64,000 nucleotides of DNA from Eledone cirrhosa (taxonomy: Eukaryota), in the NCBI GenBank assembly GCA_964016885.1, contig OZ024742.1, forward strand, positions 277,636,001 to 277,700,000, in the 5' to 3' direction. The notes under the pieces were generated by a model. That model searched no databases and had not been told where the DNA came from. It was given only the letters and a program-made list of their open reading frames with translations. A program made the translations under genes and the position numbers. Within the stretch, counting starts at the first letter, position 1. Each line of letters begins with the position of its first letter. Shown in pieces: positions 29,407 through 43,408 of the stretch.

Positions 29407-30009
29407 CGGGCTTCCACACAGTCTCCATCTATCAATTGACACTCACAAGGTATTGATCAACCTCAGACCAGTAGTAGACAGTGAGACTAAACCTAAACCA
29501 CGTGGTTGTGAAGTAAAGTCTTTAACCGAACAGTTATTCTTACTTATTTATGTGGTGTGGAAGGTTCCTGTTAATATGAGTACCTTGCAAGTATCCAAAA
29601 AAGCAGTACCATTACTGATAATACACATGTATTTGGGGCAGCGTTCCATCGAAGATCTGCGTCAGCCCTTATTGGTGCCGTGGAATTAAAGATGCTGTTA
29701 CTCAGCAGCTTTGAAATGCTGTCGCGCAGTAGTTTTGAATTTATAATATTTTTGTTCAAAGTATCTAACGTGGTTAGGAAGAATGACAGCGAATGTTAAT
29801 TGTGGAATATTTTTCTGTTCTAAGAGGAAAGCTACGACTGCCATTATTTTTGGTCTTGTGCCTAAATCAGAAACGATTATTTTATTCAAGTTTAATATAT
29901 TCTTTGACCACTCAGTATTTGTGGACTGTATAATCTTTATGTAATAGATTTTCATCATTACATACCTACCTACTTGAAACACGCGTTGTATGGAAGAGGC
30001 GAGAGTGAA

Positions 30010-30469
<460 letters not shown>

Positions 30470-30943
30470 GTTTGATGTTAATGTTTTCGTTTGAAAAGTA
30501 GCTATCGCATGTTTAACTATGAAATATAAAGATTTCTTTTGGCCAAATATCATCGTTATATATGCTGAAAATCTTATTAAATTCAGCTGTTATACGGTAT
30601 TATATATATGTTTTCAATGCCGATCTTAAAATTGTCATAAAGAAATTATGGGCTGCATTCGTGTTTCTTACTATTGTTGAAGCTAACATATAACTATGGT
30701 AAACGAAATGACTAGATATAGTGCTAACATATAAAAACCCAGATTGATTATCTCTTTGGAATATTCCTTTCGAAAGATGTTTAGCATCAAAGACAATCGT
30801 ATTTTCAGTTTTTTAACTGTTTAGTCAGGTTAGTGCCTATAACCACTTTCAAAGACCCCAACCTATGTATGTATGTATGTATGTATGTATGTATGTATGT
30901 ATGTATGTATGTATGTATGTATGTATGTATGTATGTATGTATG

Positions 30944-31158
30944 GTGAGCAAAGGCACTGCACAAAGCCAGCCCCACTCTCTTAACGAAGATGATATTTAC
31001 CAAAAAGAAGAACAAGTCAACATCATTGGATACCATCAGAGTTGCAGGTGTTATATCAGAGTTTTCCTTCTCCTAGAATTCTGCCTTGACAAAGGCTAAG
31101 GGGTCATCTTTCCCGGTGATTTTGGATAACCATTGACTCTTAAGAGCTCCTTTGCCCT
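30944..31158 (-). mobile_element. Fragment of the RTE-derived non-autonomous family
   Basis: Reverse complement of about 22529-22736. Confidence 0.85.
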
Positions 31159-31170
31159 ATGAAAAGTTTT

Positions 31171-31499
31171 CGTTAAGGGTGAAAGCAGCGATTCTTTGCT
31201 TAAACTTTAATCTGTTATTTTAATATATATATATATATATATAATTATATATTCGTGTACAGATATTTTTGCATACACAAAAACAAAATATAAACAAACG
31301 TATTTATTTCACAAAAGCACAAAATGTAGACACCATCCCGAAGCCGAGGTATTCCATACTTCTCTGTACTGATTCGCCCTTATAATATCTATTTGTATGT
31401 CTGGCTGTCTGCATTACGACATTGACTTCGCTATAATTGTAGTGCACCTGAGCACTGTACACGATATTTCATTATTATCTGTGTGTGTATGTATATATA

Positions 31500-31549
<50 letters not shown>

Positions 31550-31661
31550 TGTAACGTTTTTCAAAATATTTACTTCTGCGTTCACAGATTGATTTTTTTA
31601 GTTTCAGAAGATCCCGTTAAGGGTGAAAGCAGCGATTCTTCGCCTAAACTTTAATCTGTTA

Positions 31662-31707
<46 letters not shown>

Positions 31708-31762
31708 TATGTATACGTACATACATATATGTATACAGACGTACAGTAGTATGCATATATAT

Positions 31763-31795
<33 letters not shown>

Positions 31796-32075
31796 TATAC
31801 ACATACATGCACACATATATATATGTACGTATGGATTCATCGAACATTTATTATAATGCTCGGTGTGTTTATATATATATGCATACTACTGTACGTCTGT
31901 ATACATATATGTATGTACGTATACATACTTATATTTAAGTAACAGCCGTACTAAGAGTGAGAAATGAAATTTCGTTTCATTTTTTCCGTTTATATATATA
32001 TATATAATTATATATTCGTGTACAAATATTTTTTCATACACAGTAACAAAATATAAACAAACGTATTTATTTCAC
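31171..32075 (+). mobile_element. Family D: about 445-nt monomer plus partial second copy, HHR-like motif at 31600-31650, family B fragments nested at 31704-31992
   Basis: Direct repeat 31171 vs 31615; agttt CAGAAGA tccc-gttaa-gggt GAAA gca...tgc TT aaact (composite of both copies). Confidence 0.65.
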
Positions 32076-32347
32076 GAGGCTCGACAGCAGCAAAAACAAC
32101 AACAAAAAGGAGAGGGAACGCAATTACATGCTTTTGAAAAATCTTATTTGCCTATTCACCCAAGGCGACTTCACTTTTTATTAGGACTTCTGCATCAATG
32201 GTGAACATACGACGAAACTGTTTCAGAAAGGAGGGATAAACATGCCAATCTATGTGTAGAATCCCGAGCAACGCCGGGCAATTTTGCTAGTATATATATA
32301 TATATGTGTGTGTTCTGCCTTATCTTTCTCACTCTCTCTCTCTATCA

Positions 32348-32404
<57 letters not shown>

Positions 32405-32407
<3 letters not shown>

Positions 32408-32936
32408 TGGCTGCGAACTCGTTTTCGAGTACGGCCACTACTTTATATCCATGTAGGAGAACCCCTACCGATGCGCTGAACGAGTGTGACTTTTTAGTCA
32501 AGCCAGCGACTTGAAAACTCTGGTACAAACACTACACTTGTGACAATTATTGACACATAGTGTCCATGTGACGACAAGTGCAGAGAGATCTCCAGATACA
32601 AAGCAATGCCTGTGCCGTGAAGCTTTTATAGTGAGCAAAGGCACTGCAGAAAGCCAGTCCCACTCTCTTAACCAAGATGATATTTACCAAAAAGAAGAAC
32701 AAGTCAACACCATTGGATACCATGAGGGTTGCAGGTGTTATATCAGAGTTTTCCTTCTCATAGAATTGTGCCTTGACAAAGGCTAAGGGGTCATCTCTCC
32801 CGGTGATTTTGGATGGCCATTGGCTCTTAAGAGCTCCTTTGACAGGTTTTGTTTTTAGTCCTGCAGGATGTCCAAAGTCACCCTCCTCACCAAGAAACCT
32901 TGGTGGGGTTGCCAGTTTAGTCGCCAACGACCCGAG

Positions 32937-32999
<63 letters not shown>

Positions 33000-33538
33000 G
33001 CTGCCAACTCGTTTTCGAGTACGGCCACTACTTTATATCCATGTAGGAGAACCCCTACCGATGCGCTGAACGAGTGTGACTTTTTAGTCCAGCCAGCGAC
33101 TTGAAAACTCTGGTACAAACACTACACTTGTGACAATTATTGACACATAGTGCCGGGCCCATGGTACCATGTGACGACAAGTGCAGAGAGATCTCCAGAT
33201 ACAAAGCAATGCCTGTGCCGTGAAGCTTTTATAGTGAACAAAGGCACTGCAGAAAGCCAGTCCCACTCTCTTAACCAAGATGATATTTACCAAAAAGAAG
33301 AACAAGTCAACACCATTGGATACCATGAGGGTTGCAGGTGTTATATCAGAGTTTTCCTTCTCCTAGAATTGTGCTTGACAAAGGCTAAGGGGTCATCTCT
33401 CCCGGTGATTTTGGATGGCCATTGACTCTTAAGAGCTCCTTTGACAGGTTTTGTTTTTAGTCCTGCAGGATGTCCAAAGTCACCCTCCTCACCAAGAAAC
33501 CTTGGTGGGGTTGCCAGTTTAGTCGCCAACGACCTGAG

Positions 33539-33586
<48 letters not shown>

Positions 33587-34172
33587 GTGGCTGCCAACTC
33601 GTTTTCGAGTACGGCCACTACTTTATATCCATGTAGGAGAACCCCTACTGATGCGCTGAACGAGTGTGACTTTTTAGTCCAGTCAGCGACTTGAAAACTC
33701 TGGTACAAACACTACACTTGTGACAATTATTGACACAGTGCTGGGCCCATGGTACCATGTGACGACAAGTGCAGAGAGATCTCCAGATATAAAGCAATGC
33801 CTGTGCCGTGAAGCTTTTATAGTGAGCAAAGGCACTGCACAAAGCCAGTCCCACTCTCTTAACCAAGATGATATTTACCAAAAAGAAGAACAAGTCAACA
33901 TCATTGGATACCATCAGAGTTGCAGGTGTTATATCAGAGTTCTCATTCTCCTAGAAAATTTGCCTTGACTAAGGTTAAGGGGTCATCTCTCCCGGTGATT
34001 TTGGATGGCCATTGACTCCTAAGAGCTCCTTTGCCCTTTGACAGGTTTTGTTTTTAGTCCTGCAGGATGTCCAAAGTCACCGTCCTCACCAAGAAACATT
34101 GGTGGGGTTGCCAGTTTAGTCGCCAACGACCTGACCATGAGACAGGTTGTACTGGGATACATGTTACCAGTA
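32405..34172 (-). mobile_element. Three head-to-tail copies of the RTE-derived element separated by (TA)n
   Basis: Copies at about 32405-32938, 32997-33540 and 33586-34172. Confidence 0.9.
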
Positions 34173-34191
34173 TATATACATACATACCTAC

Positions 34192-34221
<30 letters not shown>

Positions 34222-34222
<1 letters not shown>

Positions 34223-34509
34223 AATGTAATAGAATGAAACGAAATTTCATTTCTCACTCTTAGTACGGCACTTACTTAAATGTAAGTATGTATGTATATA
34301 TACGTACATACATATATGTATACAGGCGTACAGTAGTATGTATATATATACATACATGCACACACATATATATGCACGTATCGGTTTACCGAACATTTAT
34401 TATAATGCTCGGTTTGTTTGTTTGTAAACAAACAAACCGCCCGAATTACGCCGTACAGTGTTTAGGCAACCACGCCACCTTTTTGTTCAACACTGACACA
34501 GGAACGATG
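34222..34509 (-). mobile_element. Family B copy starting at the predicted HHR cleavage site
   Basis: Minus strand begins CATCGTTCCTGTGTC, identical to 19074 onward. Confidence 0.8.
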
Positions 34510-35159
34510 TATATATATATTCTAGCAGTAGAACTCGACGCTGCCCGGGAAAGAAATGGTTCAGTCGATGAACAAATTTTTGGTAAATAATTGCGTTTCT
34601 ATATAAATACATTATTTGAAACACATTTTTATTCAGTAAGTGTGTGTATGTGTGTAAGTGTAAGTGTATGGTCTTGCTTTTGTCTTGTAATCTAGTCATT
34701 CGATAAACAGAGATCGGTAACATGTTACAGATTAATATATGAGCATAGATATGATCACCTAAGGCTCTTTAAATGTAGACCAGTCGAATTATTGAAACCA
34801 AATCAGTGAAAGATCTGATTAACTTTTGTTGTTATTGTTAGTTTGCTTTTTTTATTGTAATGGGTACGGAACTAAAACATCACTACACTCGACCACCCTT
34901 AGACATAGCTAGAACTGCATTTAACAGATTGTCCCTTCTCTTCAAAGCCAGTATATACTTCAGATCCCAACAACGTCTAACCCTCTACAAAGTTGAAGTA
35001 AGATCCACAATAGAGTAGTGTCCCCACATCCTAGACGGTACTGTTGCTACAAATACTTACATACGAGACCACAGCCAAGGAAAAGCCACTCGTCAAATTG
35101 ACATAAAATCACTGACCAACACGCTCCTGTTTATGATCCACGTTTTTACCGCTACAATA

Positions 35160-35380
35160 ATGGTTTCTACTATAGGCACAAGGCCAGCAATTTTAGGGGG
35201 AGGGGAAAGTCGATTAAATCGACGCCACTGCGTGACTGGTACTTTATTTTATCGACCCCGTAAGGATGAAAGGCAAAGCTAACTTCGGCGGGATTTGAAC
35301 TCAGATCATAAAGGGCCGTAACACTATGCTGCAAAGCATGGCGTTCGACCCTCTACCGATACTGCCAATTCACCGCCCTT
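35160..35380 (-). mobile_element. Full-length tRNA-derived SINE (main family; Nin/Deu-domain-like core)
   Basis: A-box tggcagtatcgg, B-box gagttcaaatccc, core gcctttcatccttacggggtcgataaaataaagtaccag, (TTA)n tail. Confidence 0.9.
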
Positions 35381-35750
35381 TTTTATCGCTACAATAATAA
35401 CATTTGCTCCTTGCTAACTCTATGCTACCGTCATTCAAGCACTCCCACTTCACCCGTCTTTCCTATTTACATCGCCCATACTGCGCCTAACTCCCCAAAC
35501 TTGGACTAGCCACTACGCTCAGTCTTTTCTCCTTTTATCCTGCACATGTCTTTCATGAAGTAGCCGACGTCGCAGCAATTTAAATTGAACATCAACAGCT
35601 TCAATCTCATCGGTATTAGAGGGCCTGCAAAGGTCATCGCCACAGTCACCTCCTCCAGACCTCGAGACAAATAGAAAAAAATGACACGAAAATCGCTACT
35701 TGAAAGTGAATTAAAAATAATACGTGAAATATATGCCGTTGCGTGTGTGT

Positions 35751-35782
<32 letters not shown>

Positions 35783-36144
35783 CTGCGAACGAGATTGTTT
35801 GATATTACGTGTGTATCACTTCCGCAAACACATACATTATTATATCCATACGTGCTAATGTACATATTCATAGTGTCTGTTTTTGTAATGGCATAATATT
35901 TGATGTATGATAAATTGTTGAAATGATAACTGTGGACTACAGAGAATGCTCAAAAGTATTGAGAGAGAGAGAGAGGGAGTGAGAGATAGTGAGAGAGAGA
36001 AAGAGAAAGAGAGAGAGAGAGAGAGGAGATAAAAAGGGAAAGAAAATATAATATGTAGTGATAGAATGTGGAAGTGTTCGTCATGACAACAGCAGAGCGT
36101 CTGAGGAAAAAGAAGAATATGAGAAAAAGGAGGAGATATGAGAG

Positions 36145-36242
<98 letters not shown>

Positions 36243-36307
36243 TGATAAATAAAGTGACTGAGTAATAGCAAGAGAAGTAAAACATACAGTCTGACGTGAG
36301 GCACAAG

Positions 36308-36442
<135 letters not shown>

Positions 36443-36570
36443 TCATTAGTTAAGCAAAACAAGACCACAAATTTCACAAGGAAGACATTATTAAAAGATT
36501 GTCAACATAGTTTTAGTTTGATGTAAGGAATGTAGAGAATAATAATAATAATATTAATAATAATAATATC

Positions 36571-36691
36571 CGTTTACAATTGTTTCGCTACTCCATATAA
36601 TGTTTCTGGATCAAATGATTATAGATCATTATTGATCTGGTTCAGTTGAAAATAATTAACTTTGGTAACATTAGAGCAGCTCATCGGAACA
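36571..36691 (-). ncRNA. Hammerhead motif, U4C core, long stem II
   Basis: tgtt CCGATGA gctgctc...gagtagc GAAA caattg TA aacg. Confidence 0.7.
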
Positions 36692-36809
36692 TTGAGCACA
36701 TGCCTTTACGCTTTGGCTTCTAACTAATTCACCAATCTCTTTTCTCCCCTCTTATCTCCTCTCCTATCTCCATCTCTCTCTTTAAGATTGGTTACTCTTG
36801 AACTATGTG

Positions 36810-36894
<85 letters not shown>

Positions 36895-36896
<2 letters not shown>

Positions 36897-39800
36897 CTTT
36901 AAGTCGTTTGGAAGCCTCGACAATGCAAATGGGTAAATCTCCGGGTAACAAGATCCGGTGGTGGAGAGAGAGATGTAAGTGGGTGTACGTTGAGATGCGT
37001 GGCGTGTATAAGACGTGTAGAGGAATGAAGGAAAGAGCATAAAGGATAAAATAAAAATAACAACACGAGAGAGAGTTACCTTGGGAGAGATTTAATTGTC
37101 TTTATATATTTCGGATTCACATCCATCAACTGGGGTTTTTTTCCGGGGTGGGGGAAAGGTTGTCTGTCGGAAAGGTGCGAAACCCGTCCTCCGCTGTTCG
37201 TTGTTTTGAATATCTGAGGTATCCAGCAGAGCGCGCGTGCGCGTGAAATGGGGTCGGTCGGGCAGAGGTCAGCGGCCGAAGTAGTTCTTTCAATTGTGGG
37301 AGTGGGGTGGCGCTAGCTGTCAGTCCATTCTCTGCCTGTTTGTTGAATGTTACTGTGTGTGTGTGTGTGTGTGTGTGCGTGTGTTGTTGTCTCGCTTGAG
37401 TGTGTGTGTGTGCGTGCGTTGTTGCCTTGTTCCTCTGTATTGGCAGTGTAGTACACCCACTTACATCTCTCTCTCCACCACCGGATCTTGTTACCTGGAG
37501 ATTTACCCATTTGCATTGTCGAGGCTTCCAAACGACTTAAAGAAATTTACCTTATTATTCCACAATGCTTCAAGCAAACTTCAATACTCTCTTATCCTTA
37601 CACCTGAGCCAGGAATTGTTTACATCCGTAAGGGAACTGTTTAGACTGTCGGAGAAATGGGCCAACGCTGGCTGTCAAATTATTTTCCTGAAACGCTGCC
37701 TAAAAAACGATGTCATCCCCAACACCATCAGGAACATCCGCTTACCAGTAAGCCTACGTACACCAGCTTTCCAAAACACCACTAACCGCATACATCGCAC
37801 GTTTATTAAACATATCCTGAGACATCTCAACCGCCAATTACACGTCCATAAGCGGACACTCTCAGAGCGGACACATCGACTGTCAATAGCACCCGGCGAC
37901 TTGCTCCTGAAAATCACTAAAGCAATCGACTAGTGCTACCACTCCAGAGTCCAATACGAGAATAAACGGCCCAAGCGAAAATATGAGTGGATCTTGTCGA
38001 AACGCCACAACGAGAACATCGACACTAACGAACAGACGGACCAGAACCACGTGGAAAACAACAACTTAACAACCGCCACCGCCGCATCCACCAACACCGA
38101 GCCACACCTCAACGATGCGACGCACCTGGTCACCGACCTAACCGGCACTCTCACGAGCGACGAGCTGAACCTCCTACACCTAGGACCTAAGTTCATCGTC
38201 TCACACCGACTCGACGACAGACTCAAACTCAACATCGAGGCCAACTTTTGTCGAGCCGCTTACCAACTTAAATGGGTGACCGCCATCAACAGCGCCACAG
38301 AAAATAACAGCGCCCACGCAACCCACCCCAAGTTCCCCACTTACCACCCCGACAACCCACTCCACTCCCTCACCCACCAACCACGAACTCGATACTAAAC
38401 TCATCAGGCTAAAACACTCCATCTCGGATATACTTCACAAACACACACACATACGCACAACACATAACCACACCAAATCTCAACTCACCACTCTCTCCAA
38501 CCTAAAATCGAAGAACCTCATCTATCTCCCCTCCGACAAGGAGAATAATTCTGCGTCATCATCAGAGATGCCTACATACCCTGGCCCTCCAACACCTTGA
38601 CGATGACAACCTCTACTCCAAGGTCACGGGAATCAATCCCGCGCAGATAGAAGAGCACATCAACGCCGCCTGGACCAACATCTGCGACCGGCGGAAGCTC
38701 CCGAAGAAGCTGAGATACAACCTCCTCACGAGGAACAGCAGACTACCCGCCTTCTACCACCCCGTGAAAACACACAAACAGGGACCCGACCTGAAGATCA
38801 GGCCCATTGTATTGAGCCTGGAAGGACCACTCTACAAAATTTCATGGCGCCTAGCCAGAATACTCAAACCCATCTTAGACACCTTGCCGGGACACGTTAA
38901 CAGCTCCGAGGAGGTGTTGAAGCGCCTGCATCAAATGGATCCCGACACCAGAAAGAATAACAGATATGCCTTCAGCTTTGATGTAGTCGCTCTCTACACC
39001 TCGGTCCCGGCACTCCCGGCCGTCAATATACTGATGGAACGCGTCAAATCCACCGACCCACACTGATTCGGGCTCACCACCACTGACATCCACCAACTCC
39101 TATCCATCGTCATCGACAACACCTACTTCGGATTCCTTGACCAAACATACCAACAAACCTCGGGACTGCCCATGGGATCAAGCCTGTCGGGTGTGCTAGC
39201 GATCTCTTACATGGACAACCTCGAGCGCAAGGCACTCAACGCCTGCCACCCCAACGCCGTCGCCTTTTTCTCAAGGTACGTGGACGATGCCCTCATCCTC
39301 ACATCTTCCCAAGACACGGCGAACAGAATCTATGAGACGTTCAACAACACGGACGAGAACATTGACTTCAGTGTTGAACACCCCAACGATGACGGGTCAC
39401 TTGCCCTCCTCGACTTCCGAATCAACATCACGGAACAGGGAAGGATCCACTGCAACTTCTACCGAAAGTCAGCCTGCAGGGACCTGTTCGTCAACTACAA
39501 GTCCGCCCTCAATAACAGTGCCAAAAGAGGATACATCACGAACGAGATCGCGCGAATCAAAAACAGATGCAGCGATCCCGCGAGTGGTGTCACTCATACC
39601 AAGCGATTCCTCGAGGTGCTGGAGACGAACGGGTACCCTACCTCGCTCACAGACAGAGCAGGAGACACCAGACACAAGAGACAGAGAGGCACCCAAGGCA
39701 AGTGCTTCCTTAAAATGCCACACCTAGGCGAGTATACCACCAACGCTATCCGCAAGGCTATACGGAGGGAGGGCCTCGACATCCACCTGGCCCACTCGGG

Positions 39801-40341
39801 CCCCTCCCTGCGAAGATGCCTCTCCAGGAAAACCGGGAAATCAACTGACGCGTGCTCCCTCAGAGACTGCCCGATGCGCCATGCGAACTGTTGCCTACGC
39901 ACATACGTCGTGTATAAGATAGAATGTAACAAGTGCAACCAATACTATATAGGTAGCACAATCCGACCTTTGCACATCCGGATCAAGGAACACACTAAAA
40001 CCAAGGCCTCGTCTTTCCGGAAACACATAGAAAAAGGCGGAAGGCCCATTGTCACAATTCTAGCGACTGAAAGAAACGTCGGCACGTTACGTATCAAGGA
40101 AGCACTTTGGATCAAACGCCTAGAGCCACAAATAAACAATCGATCCGAGAGAAGCGAAATGAGGTGGTTGGTTTAAGTTAACAATCGATGCAGCAACACA
40201 CGCACACACACACACACAAGCGAGACAGCAACACACGCACACACACACACAGTCGCATTCCAACAGACGAACATACTACACTGTCAATACAGAGGAACAA
40301 GGCAACAACACACGCACACACACACACTCAAGCGAGACAAC

Positions 40342-40385
<44 letters not shown>

Positions 40386-40885
40386 CATTCAACAAACAGG
40401 CAGAGAATGGACTGACAGCTAGCGCCACCCCACTCCCACAATTGAAAGAACTACTTCTGCCGCTGACCTCTGCCCGACCGACCCAATTTCACGCGCACGC
40501 GCGCTCTGCTGAATACCTCAGATGTTCGAAACAACGAACAGCGGAGGACGGGTTTCGCACCTTTCCGACAGACAACCTTTCCCCCACCCTGGAAAAAACC
40601 CCAGTTGATGGATGTGAATCCGAAATATACAGGGACAATTAAATCTCTCCCAAGGTAACTCTCTCTCGTGTTGTTATTTTAATTTTATCCTTTATGCTCT
40701 TTCCTTCATTCCTCTACACGTCTTATAGACGCCACGCATCTCAACGTACACCCACTTACATCTCTCTCTCCACCACCGGATCTTGTTACACGGAGATTTA
40801 CTCATTTGCATTGTCGAGGCTTCCAAACGACTTAAAGACATTTACCTTATTATTCCACAATGCTTCAAGCAAACTTCAATACTCT

Positions 40886-40888
<3 letters not shown>
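36895..40888 (+). mobile_element. Near-full-length PLE (Penelope/Poseidon-type layout) with inverted + direct pseudo-LTRs, inserted in (TA)n
   Basis: 36895-37452 inverted copy of about 40275-40843; 37450-37595 direct copy of 40746-40889; (TA)n both sides. Confidence 0.95.
37565..40176 (+). pseudogene. PLE polyprotein (N-terminal domain, reverse transcriptase, GIY-YIG) with two stops and frameshifts
   Basis: FLKRCLKNDVIP; KTHK..IRPIV; SFDVVALYTSVP; GLPMGSSLS; RYVDD; VVYKIECNKCNQYYIGST..RIKEH; stops at 37931 and 39064; frameshifts between about 38340 and 38580. Confidence 0.95.
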
Positions 40889-40962
<74 letters not shown>

Positions 40963-40964
<2 letters not shown>

Positions 40965-41392
40965 CCAAAGATTAATATGGTTCGTTGAATACAATTTTAC
41001 AATAGATTAAAAGCACTCAACAAAGGAGTTTTCCTGGAGTTTTTAATATTATTCAAAATATTAACAAATGAAAGATATTCACATAATCATAATATATGCT
41101 TTATTATATATATTTCAAAGGTACTGTGTTGTTTTTTCAGTACGTCTTCATCAGATAAAATATATGATTTGATATATGACATACCGCTACGGTCTTGATT
41201 ATACAATTCCAGTATTGGCAGTACTGGAATTGTATAATCAAGACCGAGGCGGTATGTCATATATCAAATCATATATTTTATCTGATGAAGACGTACTGAA
41301 AAAACAACACAGTACCTTTGAAATATATATAATAAAGCATATATTTTGATTATGTGAATATCTTTCATTTGTTAATATTTTGAATAATATAT
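40963..41392. mobile_element. Fold-back element with about 170-bp arms, HHR in each arm
   Basis: Centre about 41218; tttat CTGATGA ag..gtactg...cagtac.. GAAA tatata TA ataaa at 41277-41336 (+) and 41100-41159 (-). Confidence 0.85.
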
Positions 41393-41512
41393 ATATATAT
41401 ATGTAAAAGGAAAACATATATATACAGTATATATGTTTTCCTTTTTCTTTTTACACAACCACGGATATTGCTACACACAAGCGCATACACACACATATAT
41501 ATATACACACGT

Positions 41513-42150
41513 GAAGGCGTATGGCTTAGTAATTAGAGAGGGAGCTTGCAATTGTGAGATTGTGAGTTCGATTCCCGGGCCAGGTGATGCGTTGTGTTCT
41601 TGAGCAAGACACATTATTTCACGTTGCTCCAGTTTACTGTTGTCTATTTCGATGTGTTGCTATTGTATGAGGGATATCAGAAAAATGTGTTTGATTTGCG
41701 AGTGTTCTAGTTGTTCGAACAATGGAACTCGTGAAATAAATGTGCAAGTGGCTGAGCATTAGACTAACCCACGCGCCATTACAGGGTGTCAGCAGAAGAA
41801 CTAGTCAATCGACTTTTCAAATTGAGAGAAAGAACAGAAGTCATTTCTCCATGAGATTAAAGTAAAGATTAATACCGAAATGTGAAGGCGAGTGGTTTAG
41901 TAGTTAATGTGTTGAGACCACGATTATAAGGCCACGAGTGAAATTTCTGGATTCTGTAGCATAGTGGTTAAGGTTTTCTGCTTATGATTGTAGAGTCATG
42001 AGAGCACCTTATGGATTGGTCGGCGCGTTATGCCCTTGAGTAATACACTTTACTTCACCTTGCTCCAGTTTACTCAGTTTACTCAGTTGGAAAAGTGAGT
42101 TGCGAGGATATTGGTGCGGAAGCTGTATCGACTTTTCCCTTATTGGTGAC
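41513..42150 (+). mobile_element. Degenerate tRNA-derived SINEs of a second family (about two copies)
   Basis: tggcttagt.. A-box, gagttcgattcc B-box, gtgttcttgagcaagacac core; similar piece at about 16605-16870. Confidence 0.6.
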
Positions 42151-43062
42151 TGATAGTCTTTCGCACGCACACACATACCCCCCCCCCCCCACACACAACA
42201 CCTCACCCGCTTGGAGAGTCTAAATCAGTCAAATTTAGAGCTTACATACTTAGTCGATATATTAGGAATTTGTGAATACACTGAATATTCAAATGTAAGG
42301 AAGAGCTAGAAATGTATTTGCTAATCAAGATTTAATGAAATCGTTTATTGCTGGAGTTATAGATTTAGTTCAATTTCGCTGTCTTACCACAATACCCAGA
42401 AAAAATTAACCTATACTATACTGATTGAAATTATCGATCAGAATAGACCACGATGAATGCCGGTGCTATTTCTCAAAGTTGGATATGATAATGAACAAAT
42501 TATCCTTTAACAAGAAGCCTTTACTTCAGATGTGAATACCGTCCCAGAGAATTTACAAAGGAATTCTTTTTGAAAATTATAACAATTTTGGAAGATTCAC
42601 GACTTGTTGAAGCAATCTTGCATGGAAACGAAAAGCATTTTTGGACGTACATGTAGGTGAGTCAGAAAACCTCTCAGCAACAAAACATACCATTAAGATT
42701 TCTTCTGCTATTTGCATCAACTTGCATTTGCAAAAGTGGATTTTCATGCTTGATGCCAATTAAATTAAAACAGAGTGGAATTGTCTTGCAGTTGAAAACG
42801 ATCTTCGTTGAGCAATTTAAAGTACTACACCAAACATTGAAACTCTCGCCAATGATAAAAGAATTCAAATATCATTTAATGGCGTTAACACATTGGGTAC
42901 AAATAGAATTCACACACGAAAACGCCAGTTTAACAAGTTTTCTTATGGATATAATCACTAAAACGACGTAGCGTCTCTCTTCTCTTTTTCTTAGAAAATT
43001 GTGAGCTGAAACTATTATCTAAAGTACACACACACATATGTACGTATCAACTTGCGTACATG

Positions 43063-43094
<32 letters not shown>

Positions 43095-43191
43095 TGTATG
43101 TATGTATGTATGTATGTATGTATGTATATAATTCAAATCTAGTGTTCTTGGCAGTCTACAAGGGAAGTAAAACTCATAGAAAATATATTTC

Positions 43192-43258
<67 letters not shown>

Positions 43259-43369
43259 TAGTTACATATATATATAAGTTAGTGACATATACATGTATTT
43301 AGGTCTCGTTGGGTTATTCACCCGAACTCATTCAGCCTGTTATCTACACACACACACACACTATATGCA

Positions 43370-43408
<39 letters not shown>

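Noticed and set aside
32405-34172. CRISPR-like repeat/spacer array
   Set aside because: Repeats are about 540 bp and spacers are (TA)n; eukaryotic context, no cas genes
39064-39066. In-frame TGA in the PLE RT as possible selenocysteine
   Set aside because: Selenoprotein PLEs are reported in the N-terminal-endonuclease Naiad clade; this element has a C-terminal GIY-YIG and other lesions, so a TGG-to-TGA mutation is simpler
40650-40800. PLE intron starting at AG/GTAACT
   Set aside because: Donor-like site is conserved (also near 3030) but no conserved acceptor AG follows the pyrimidine tract
42400-42970. Unique-looking stretch with short ORFs (also 55800-56280)
   Set aside because: No recognisable motifs; probably old transposon debris but unassignable by eye
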